The notes below the pieces were generated by a model, which worked only from the letters and a program-made list of their open reading frames with translations, was not told where the DNA came from and did not search any database. Shown here in pieces: positions 18,264-25,121 of a stretch of 32,000 nt of DNA. The first letter of the stretch is position 1. Every line of letters starts with the position of its first letter. This DNA comes from Collinsella sp. (GTDB lineage: Bacteria; Actinomycetota; Coriobacteriia; Coriobacteriales; Coriobacteriaceae), in NCBI GenBank assembly GCA_019414365.1, contig DXMC01000002.1:1-32000 (forward strand), in the 5' to 3' direction. The translations under genes were made by a program, and so were the position numbers.

Positions 18264-18890
18264 ATGGCAAAGTTTGAAGTAAAGAACAGCGAGGGCAAGA
18301 AGGTCGCCGAGGCCGAGCTCGCCGCTGAGGTGTACGGCATCGAGCCGAACATCCACGTTATGCACCACATCGTCAAGTGCCAGATGGCCTCTTGGCGTCA
18401 GGGCACCCAGTCTGCTAAGGGTCGCTCTGAGGTTTCCGGTGGCGGCAAGAAGCCTTGGCGTCAGAAGGGCACCGGCCGTGCCCGCCAGGGTTCCATCCGT
18501 GCTGCCCAGTGGCGTCACGGTGGCGTCGTCTTCGCCCCCAAGCCCCGTTCTTACGCTAAGCGTATGAACAACAAGGAGGTCAAGCTGGCTATGCGCTCCG
18601 CGCTGTCCGCCAAGCTGGCCGATGGCGAGCTCGTGCTCGTCGACGACTACGGCTTCGAGAAGCCTTCCACCAAGGCTGCCGTCGCCATGCTCAAGGCTCT
18701 CGGCCTTGAGGGCAAGCGTCTGACCATCATCGTTCGCGATGAGGACGTTAACGCCTACCTGTCGTTCCGCAACATTCCCAAGACGTTCATCATCACTGCC
18801 GACGAGGCCAACACCTACGATCTCGTCAACAACAACGCTGTGCTGATGCCCGCCGACATCGCCGCTCACTTCGGGGAGGTGCTTGCATAA
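18264..18890 (+). CDS. rplD: 50S ribosomal protein L4
   Basis: 208 aa. GGGKKPWRQKGTGRARQGS is the L4 signature. Confidence 0.96.
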   Translation: MAKFEVKNSEGKKVAEAELAAEVYGIEPNIHVMHHIVKCQMASWRQGTQSAKGRSEVSGGGKKPWRQKGTGRARQGSIRAAQWRHGGVVFAPKPRSYAKRMNNKEVKLAMRSALSAKLADGELVLVDDYGFEKPSTKAAVAMLKALGLEGKRLTIIVRDEDVNAYLSFRNIPKTFIITADEANTYDLVNNNAVLMPADIAAHFGEVLA

Positions 18891-19178
18891 ATGACCGCCC
18901 ACGAGATCATCATCCGTCCGATCGTGTCCGAGCGTTCCTTCTCCGGCATGGAGCTGAACAAGTACACGTTCGAGGTCGCCAAGGATGCTAACAAGTATCA
19001 GATCAAGGACGCTGTCGAGGAGATCTTCGGCGTCAAGGTCGTTCGCGTGAACACCCTGACGGTCAAGCCCAAGACCAAGCGCGTGCGCTATGTCGCCGGC
19101 AAGACCCGTTCTTGGAAGAAGGCCATCGTCACGCTGGCCGAGGGTGACACCATCGAGGTCTTTGGCAACCAGGCCTAA
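18891..19178 (+). CDS. rplW: 50S ribosomal protein L23
   Basis: 95 aa. IIRPIVSERS...KYTFEV...IKDAVEEIFGVKV. The start abuts the rplD stop (TAAATG). Confidence 0.95.
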   Translation: MTAHEIIIRPIVSERSFSGMELNKYTFEVAKDANKYQIKDAVEEIFGVKVVRVNTLTVKPKTKRVRYVAGKTRSWKKAIVTLAEGDTIEVFGNQA

Positions 19179-19357
19179 GACTCGCTGCTGTTGAGTGAGC
19201 TCATGCCTCCCAAATGGGGGAGGCGAGAGCTCAAGGTTTTGGGCGTATAAAATGGACACGCCCGGAACCGTGTATACGTCCGGTGTCATCGCACCCGAGG
19301 CAGAACCTCGAATCCCTGTCTGCGATGGCTAACGGATTCCTATTGAAAGGGATTGTA

Positions 19358-20188
19358 ATGGCTGTAAAGCACCTTAAGCCGACCTCCGCTGGTAGGCGTT
19401 GGCAGACGATCTCCGACTTCTCCGAGATCACCTGCACCAAGCCCGAGAAGTCTCTTCTCGAGCCCCTGCCCAAGAAGGCCGGTCGTAACAACAACGGCCG
19501 CATCACCACCCGCCACCAGGGCGGCGGCGTGAAGCGTCGTTACCGCGTGATCGACTTCAAGCGCAACAAGGACGGCGTGCCCGCCAAGGTTGCCACGATC
19601 GAGTACGATCCGAACCGTTCCGCTCGCATCGCTCTGCTGCACTACGCTGACGGTGAGAAGCGCTACATCCTGGCCCCCAAGGGCCTCGAGGTCGGTCAGA
19701 CCATCATGTCCGGTTCTGACGCCGACATCAAGCCGGGCAACGCTCTGCCCCTCGCCGACATCCCCGTCGGTACGCTCATCCACGCCGTCGAGTTCCAGCC
19801 GGGCAAGGGCGCCGCTATCGCCCGTTCCGCCGGTAACTCCTGCCAGCTGATGGGTAAGGAGGGCAAGTACGCTATCGTCCGTATGCCTTCCTCCGAGATG
19901 CGCCGCATCCTCGTTACCTGCCGCGCCACCGTCGGTGAGGTCGGCAACGCCGATCACGCCAACATCGTCATCGGCAAGGCCGGCCGCAAGCGTCACATGA
20001 ACGTGCGCCCGACCGTCCGCGGTACCGTCATGAACCCTGTCGACCACCCGCACGGCGGTGGCGAGGGCAAGAACCACACCTCTGGTCGTCCCTCCGTTAC
20101 CCCCTGGGGTAAGCCGACGAAGGGCCTTCGTACGCGCAAGAAGAAGAAGGTCTCGAACCAGCACATCATTCGTCGCCGTAAGAAGTAA
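19358..20188 (+). CDS. rplB: 50S ribosomal protein L2
   Basis: 276 aa from ATG 19358. [14 protein letters not shown]...GGGVKRRYR...HPHGGGEG. The track's upstream extension from 19214 lies in a non-coding spacer and was rejected. Confidence 0.96.
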   Translation: MAVKHLKPTSAGRRWQTISDFSEITCTKPEKSLLEPLPKKAGRNNNGRITTRHQGGGVKRRYRVIDFKRNKDGVPAKVATIEYDPNRSARIALLHYADGEKRYILAPKGLEVGQTIMSGSDADIKPGNALPLADIPVGTLIHAVEFQPGKGAAIARSAGNSCQLMGKEGKYAIVRMPSSEMRRILVTCRATVGEVGNADHANIVIGKAGRKRHMNVRPTVRGTVMNPVDHPHGGGEGKNHTSGRPSVTPWGKPTKGLRTRKKKKVSNQHIIRRRKK

Positions 20189-20220
20189 TTTCGGATACCG
20201 AGTTTTAGGAGAAAGCACTT

Positions 20221-20481
20221 ATGAGCAGAAGTCTCAAAAAGGGCCCGTTCGTGGAGACTCGCCTTCTCTCGCGTATCACCGCGATGAACGAGGCTGGCAA
20301 GAAGGACGTCGTGAAGACCTGGTCCCGCGCGTCCACTATCTTCCCCGAGATGGTTGGTCACACCATCGCCGTCCACGACGGCCGCAAGCATGTGCCCGTG
20401 TATGTTACCGAGTCCATGGTTGGTCACAAGCTCGGCGAGTTCGCGCCGACTCGTACGTTCCGTGGCCACAAGGCCAAATAG
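20221..20481 (+). CDS. rpsS: 30S ribosomal protein S19
   Basis: 86 aa. [10 protein letters not shown]...[27 protein letters not shown]. Confidence 0.96.
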   Translation: MSRSLKKGPFVETRLLSRITAMNEAGKKDVVKTWSRASTIFPEMVGHTIAVHDGRKHVPVYVTESMVGHKLGEFAPTRTFRGHKAK

Positions 20482-20495
20482 GGGGTTAACCGTAA

Positions 20496-20867
20496 ATGGC
20501 AACTAAGTCTATTGAAACTGAGGCCACCGAGGTTCGCGCCGTCGCTAAGTACGTGCGTGTTTCCCCCAGCAAGGCCCGCCTGGTGGTCGATCTGATCCGC
20601 CGCAAGCCTGTCGCTCAGGCCTTCGACATCCTCCACTTCTGCGACCGCGCCGTCGCCGTGGATGTCGAGAAGGTTCTCCGTTCCGCCGTTGCGAACGCCG
20701 AGAACAACAACGGTCTGCGTGCCGACAACCTGGTTGTCGCCGCTGCCTATGTTGACGAGGGTCCGACGCTTAAGCGCATCCGTCCCCGCGCCAAGGGTTC
20801 CGCTTCTCGCATTCTGAAGCGTACTTCCCACATCACCGTCGTCGTTGCTCCTCGAAAGGAGGCGTAA
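20496..20867 (+). CDS. rplV: 50S ribosomal protein L22
   Basis: 123 aa. [15 protein letters not shown]...AENN...[13 protein letters not shown]. Confidence 0.95.
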   Translation: MATKSIETEATEVRAVAKYVRVSPSKARLVVDLIRRKPVAQAFDILHFCDRAVAVDVEKVLRSAVANAENNNGLRADNLVVAAAYVDEGPTLKRIRPRAKGSASRILKRTSHITVVVAPRKEA

Positions 20868-20873
20868 AGCTGT

Positions 20874-21584
20874 ATGGGTCAGAAAGTCTACCCCACCGGC
20901 TTCCGTCTTGGCATCACCGAGAACTGGCGCTCCCGCTGGTTCGCAGAGAAGGATTACGCTAAGACCCTCGGTAACGATCTCGAGATCCGCAAGTACCTCG
21001 AGAAGCGTCTTTCCCGCGCAGCTGTCTCCCGCGTCGAGATCGAGCGCGCAGGCGACAAGGTGAAGGTCATCATCCTCACCGCTCGCCCCGGCGTTGTCAT
21101 CGGTAAGAAGGGTGCCGAGATCGATACCCTCCGCACCGAGCTCGAGAAGGTCGCTGGCGTCTCCAAGGGCCAGCTCTCCGTCGACGTTGTCGAGATCAAG
21201 CGCCCCGAGCTCGACGCCAACCTCGTTGCTCAGTCCATCGCTGAGCAGCTCGAGGGCCGCGTTGCCTTCCGTCGCGCTATGCGCAAGGCTGTCCAGTCCG
21301 CCCGCAAGGCCGGCGCCAAGGGCATCCGTATCCAGTGCTCCGGTCGTCTCGGCGGTGCCGAGATGGGCCGTCGTGAGTGGTACCGTGAGGGTCGCGTGCC
21401 TCTGCACACCCTCCGTGCCAAGATCGACTACGGCACGGCTGTCGCCAGCACCACCATGGGTGCCTGCGGCGTGAAGGTCTGGATCTACCTGGGCGAGAAG
21501 CTCCCGGGCCAGCCTGTTCCCAACCCTGCACTCGAGGGCTCTTCCCGTCCTCGTCGTCGTAACTCCGAGAGGAGGGGTCAGTAG
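20874..21584 (+). CDS. rpsC: 30S ribosomal protein S3
   Basis: 236 aa. [22 protein letters not shown] domain GKKGAEI, and a basic C-terminal tail. Confidence 0.96.
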   Translation: MGQKVYPTGFRLGITENWRSRWFAEKDYAKTLGNDLEIRKYLEKRLSRAAVSRVEIERAGDKVKVIILTARPGVVIGKKGAEIDTLRTELEKVAGVSKGQLSVDVVEIKRPELDANLVAQSIAEQLEGRVAFRRAMRKAVQSARKAGAKGIRIQCSGRLGGAEMGRREWYREGRVPLHTLRAKIDYGTAVASTTMGACGVKVWIYLGEKLPGQPVPNPALEGSSRPRRRNSERRGQ

Positions 21585-22087
21585 TGCTTGCCCCTAAGCG
21601 TATTCTTCACCGCAAGGTGCAGCGTGGCTCCATGAAGGGCCAGGCCAAGGGTAATACCGAGCTGCATTTCGGCGAGTTTGGTATCCAGGCTCTCGAGGCC
21701 CATTGGATCACCAACCGTCAGATCGAGGCTGCTCGTATTGCCATGACCCGCTACATGAAGCGTGGCGGTCGTGTCTACATCACGATCTTCCCCGATAAGC
21801 CCATCACCAAGAAGCCTGCCGAGACTCGCATGGGTTCTGGTAAGGGTAACCCCGAGGAGTGGGTGGCCGTCGTCAAGCCCGGCCGTATCATGTTCGAGGT
21901 CAAGGGTGTTCCCGAGGAGGTCGCTCGCGAGGCTCTGCGTCTTGCACAGCACAAGCTTCCCATCAAGACCAAGATTGTTGCTGCCAAGAACGCTGAGCAG
22001 CGCATCGAGAAGGAGATGGCTGAGGAGGCCGCTCTCGAGGCCAAGTGGGCTGCTGAGGACGCCGCCGCCGCCAAGGAGGAGAACTAA
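21584..22087 (+). CDS. rplP: 50S ribosomal protein L16 with a roughly 30-aa C-terminal Ala/Glu-rich extension
   Basis: 167 aa. MLAPKR..HRK..RG..KG. GTG start overlaps the rpsC stop. The core ends near LPIKTKIV, followed by the tail [34 protein letters not shown]. Confidence 0.94.
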   Translation: MLAPKRILHRKVQRGSMKGQAKGNTELHFGEFGIQALEAHWITNRQIEAARIAMTRYMKRGGRVYITIFPDKPITKKPAETRMGSGKGNPEEWVAVVKPGRIMFEVKGVPEEVAREALRLAQHKLPIKTKIVAAKNAEQRIEKEMAEEAALEAKWAAEDAAAAKEEN

Positions 22088-22302
22088 TGAAGCCCGCAGA
22101 GATTCGTGAGCTCTCGGACGCTCAGCTCGTTGAGAAGCTGAAGGAAATGCGCGCCGAGCTCTTTAACCTTCGTTTCCAGATGGCTACCAGCCAGCTGGAC
22201 AACACCGCTCGCGTCAACACCGTGAAGAAGGACATCGCTCGCGTCCTCACGGAGCAGCGCGCCCGCGAGATCGCAGCGGAGAAGTCCGCTGTCGCCGAGT
22301 AG
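22087..22302 (+). CDS. rpmC: 50S ribosomal protein L29
   Basis: 71 aa. EIRELSD.QL...L...ELFNLRFQ. ATG overlaps the rplP stop (TAATG). Confidence 0.94.
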   Translation: MKPAEIRELSDAQLVEKLKEMRAELFNLRFQMATSQLDNTARVNTVKKDIARVLTEQRAREIAAEKSAVAE

Positions 22303-22318
22303 GACCTAAGGAGAGAAC

Positions 22319-22579
22319 ATGACTGATTCGCGTAACTCGCGTAAGGTCCGTACGGGTGTCGTTACCTCCGTCTCCGGTGCCAAGACCATTGTTGTCACCA
22401 TCACCGAGCGTAAGCGTCACCCCAAGTACGGCAAGATGATGACCAGCTCCAAGAAGCTGCACGCTCACGACGAGGAGTGCACGGCTGGCGTGGGCGACAC
22501 CGTCCGCGTTATGGAGACCCGTCCTATGTCCAAGATGAAGCGTTGGCGCCTCATCGAGGTCGTCGAGCGCGCTAAATAA
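22319..22579 (+). CDS. rpsQ: 30S ribosomal protein S17
   Basis: 86 aa. R.GVVTS....KTIVV......HPKYGK......K..AHDE......GD.V...ETRP.SK.KRW.L. Confidence 0.95.
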   Translation: MTDSRNSRKVRTGVVTSVSGAKTIVVTITERKRHPKYGKMMTSSKKLHAHDEECTAGVGDTVRVMETRPMSKMKRWRLIEVVERAK

Positions 22580-22697
22580 GCAGTCGCTCTTACGACTTGT
22601 ACGTTTCCGAAGATGTGCGTATGCCTGGCTTGCATACCACGGGCCGCATAAAGGCTGCGCACCTCTCTTCGGTTCTTAGTTCGGAGGAACATCTACC

Positions 22698-23066
22698 ATG
22701 ATTCAGATGCAAACCATGCTGAACGTCGCCGACAACTCCGGCGCTCGCAAGATTCGCTGCATCAAGGTGCTTGGCGGTTCCAAGCGTCGTTATGCAGGCA
22801 TCGGCGATGTGTTCATCGGTGCTGTCCAGGAGGCTACCCCTGGCGCCAATGTCAAGAAGAAGGACGTTGTCCGTTGCGTCGTCGTTCGCACCGTTAAGGA
22901 GATCCGCCGCAAGGATGGCTCCTACATTCGCTTTGATGAGAACGCCTGCGTTGTCATCAACAACGATGGTTCGCCCGTCGGCACCCGTATCTTCGGGCCC
23001 GTCGCTCGCGAGCTTCGTGACAAGAAGTACATGAAGATCGTCTCGCTCGCTCCCGAGACCCTGTAG
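22698..23066 (+). CDS. rplN: 50S ribosomal protein L14
   Basis: 122 aa. [33 protein letters not shown]. Confidence 0.96.
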   Translation: MIQMQTMLNVADNSGARKIRCIKVLGGSKRRYAGIGDVFIGAVQEATPGANVKKKDVVRCVVVRTVKEIRRKDGSYIRFDENACVVINNDGSPVGTRIFGPVARELRDKKYMKIVSLAPETL

Positions 23067-23079
23067 TTAGGGGAGATAT

Positions 23080-23385
23080 ATGTATATCAAGAAGGGCGAT
23101 AAGGTCCAGGTTCTCTCTGGTAAGGATCGCGGCAAGCAGGGCGTTGTCCTGCGTGCTCTCCCTGCCGAGAACAAGGTCGTTGTCGAGGGCGTTTCGGTCG
23201 TCAAGAAGGCCGTTAAGCCCAACGCTGCCAACCAGCAGGGCGGCATCGTTTCGCAGGAGGCTCCCATCGACGCCTCCAACGTCAATCTCGTTTGCCCCGA
23301 GTGCGGTAAGGTTACCCGCGTCGGTCACGAGAAGGACGGCAAGAACAAGCTGCGCGTCTGCAAGAAGTGCGGCCACAAGTTCTAA
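23080..23385 (+). CDS. rplX: 50S ribosomal protein L24 (four-cysteine variant)
   Basis: 101 aa. KOW motif [20 protein letters not shown]. The C-terminal part carries CPEC (C72, C75) and CKKC (C94, C97). Confidence 0.94.
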   Translation: MYIKKGDKVQVLSGKDRGKQGVVLRALPAENKVVVEGVSVVKKAVKPNAANQQGGIVSQEAPIDASNVNLVCPECGKVTRVGHEKDGKNKLRVCKKCGHKF

Positions 23386-23414
23386 GCTGCCCGCAACATC
23401 AAGTTGCTAGCAAA

Positions 23415-23446
23415 GGCCCGGATGCCACGGCACCCGGGCCTTTTTC
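23415..23446 (+). terminator. rho-independent terminator immediately after rplX
   Basis: GGCCCGG-A-TGCC-AC-GGCA-C-CCGGGCC hairpin followed by TTTTT, 30 nt after the rplX stop. Confidence 0.75.
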
Positions 23447-24152
23447 TATCCCCACTCGATGGCTTCGGTTCTGCCGTCCCGTCATTCCGGTTGCATCCAG
23501 TTTTCGGTGCCGTCTCGAATCGAGTGCCGCCAGGTGATACCCTGTCGCGTTTCGTCGGCTTCGGGGACAAAAGTCGGGACAACTCCAAAAACTATTTTCG
23601 AACTCAGGGCTTTGAGTTTTTGTTTTTGTCCCAAAGGGCGCGGCGGGATGCCTTTGGAGGCTCGATAGCGCCGAAAACGCCCGTTTTGAAACTTAAATGC
23701 CTTTTCGCGTGCAAGCCGCCAGCTGCAATAGGAAGTGAATCAACGCAGGTGGCTTTCAAGCAGTTTGCAAAACTGCAGGTCGCAGGTCTTCATTGCCAGT
23801 AGGAGAAATGAGTAGTCTCAGGTGGCTTGCCCATGAGTTGACGAACGGGATTTGAGATTACGCTGACGTCCGGAAACGCTTCGAGCACGGCGTTACGTTT
23901 TTGGGGTTTGGGCGTAGCCCCTGCACCCGCGAGCGCGGGCCTTAAGCCCGCCGAGAGGGTGACGCGTCGAAAACGAAGGGGAAAGAGAGAAGGGGCCGTC
24001 CCTATCATTCAGGTTGCGACCGAAGAAGACAAGGAGACCCCCTGAGCCTGAATGATGCCCCACAGACCGCGTCCGACCGAGCTCAAGCCGAGCTTTTCCT
24101 GACGTCCGCCTTCGCGAAGATGATGGCTGGATTGGCTATGGATTGGCAACAC

Positions 24153-24640
24153 TTATTTGGACGATTCCGGGAGGGACGGCCCCGCCTCCCTGAACTCGAC
24201 CGGCGACATGTAGCCCAGCGTCGAGTGGATCCTGAAGTTGTTGTACCAGTGCACGTAATCCAAGAGCTTGGCTCGGAGCTCGCGCGTCCCTCCTCGGTCC
24301 TTCGGAGTGGCCGACGATCTCCCCGTTGCAGAGGTCGACGAGCAGGCAGACGTAGTTCCACGACGCCCCGACGTGCACGCAGGCCAAGTCGCTGCATATA
24401 TGGGTGCACGGCGCCCTGCCGCCGAAGCCGCGCGCGACGACGTTCGACACGTCGGCCTCGTTGACCGCCCCGGGGTGCACCTTGAACCTCTTCCTGCCGT
24501 ATGCGCCGGCCAGGCCGTTCTCCCTCAAGATGCGGCAGACGCGGCGCCGGCTGACGGTAACGCCCGACCTCCCGGGCGACGCCTTGATCTTGCGCGATCC
24601 GTTCCGGCCCTTGCTGGCGGCGTGCGCCGCCGCGGCCGCC
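24153..24640 (-). mobile_element. IS3-family transposase (OrfB) remnant: 5'-truncated, internally deleted and frameshifted
   Basis: Minus-strand frame A reads SRKIKA...GVTVSRRRVCRILRENGL...CSDLACVHVGASWNYVCLLVDLCNGEIVGHSEG.RRDA (N-terminal linker and first catalytic D region). At about 24290 the homology jumps frame, skipping most of the rve core, to ELRAKLLDYVHWYNNFRIHSTLGYMSPVEFREAG, with a stop at 24153-24155. No orfA and no identifiable terminal inverted repeats. Confidence 0.75.
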
Positions 24641-24928
24641 GTCGCCCCCGACATTAAGGTCCTCAAGGGCCGCGTCGTCTCCGGCGACCAGTTCGTCTCG
24701 CCCGCGGAACAGAAGGAGCGAATCCTCGCGGCCTTCGGCGACCTGTGCTGCGAGATGGAGGGCTGCACCATCGCGCAGGCCTCCTATCTCAACGGCGTGC
24801 CCCTCGTCGTCGTGCGCGCCATCAGCGACAAGCCCTGCGCCGAGGGCCGGGTCGTCGACTACAACACCTTCGAGAAGAAGGCCGCCTGCGACTGCGCCCG
24901 CATCGCCGCGCGCATGGTTAAGCTTTAG
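24630..24928 (+). pseudogene. mtnN: 5'-truncated 5'-methylthioadenosine/S-adenosylhomocysteine nucleosidase (C-terminal ~95 aa only)
   Basis: PDIKVLKGRVVSGDQFV...CCEMEGCTIAQASYLNGVPLVVVRAISD matches the C-terminal third of MtnN/Pfs (SGDxF, EMEG, VxRxISD). The N-terminal ~130 aa are missing, and the upstream part of the track ORF is simply antisense to the IS remnant. The 5' boundary is approximate, within a GC-rich Ala-coding tract. Confidence 0.72.
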
Positions 24929-25121
24929 GCCCGGCGCGCCGGAGCCCTTTCCAAAGCGAAGTGTCGAGCCGAAGTGTTGAGCGTCGGCCCTGAATGTTCA
25001 ATGGCCGTTGTTTTCTGCCCCTCAAGTGGTGGACTTTTCCTCGGAGCTGTTGATTCCCCCACGCGCCCCCTTCCGTTCTCTGTTCTCCCCTTATACTCCT
25101 TGTACGAGGAGGTAAGAAGTC

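Noticed and set aside
23404-23802. 132-aa + strand ORF after rplX.
   Set aside because: It starts inside the rplX terminator hairpin, has no RBS, runs through repeat and hairpin sequence, and has no recognisable domain.
23935-23951. Hairpin GCGGG-CCTTAAG-CCCGC resembling a tRNA anticodon arm with a TTA (ochre-suppressor-like) anticodon.
   Set aside because: The loop has C rather than the near-universal U at position 33. I could not build acceptor, D or T arms (no GTTCRANNC-like T-loop) from the flanking sequence.
24404-24643. N-terminal 80 codons of the 174-aa + strand ORF 24404-24928.
   Set aside because: Only the last ~95 residues resemble MtnN. The upstream part is antisense to the IS3 remnant and has no MtnN N-terminal motifs, so the ORF is not an intact gene.
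24136-24771. 211-aa minus-strand ORF that looks like an intact gene.
   Set aside because: It is a chimera. Its N-terminal ~45 codons are antisense to the mtnN fragment. The middle is a genuine IS3 OrfB fragment. The C-terminal ~50 codons are out of frame, because the true transposase C-terminus (YNNFRIHSTLGYMSPVEF) is in another frame. I called it an IS remnant, not a CDS.
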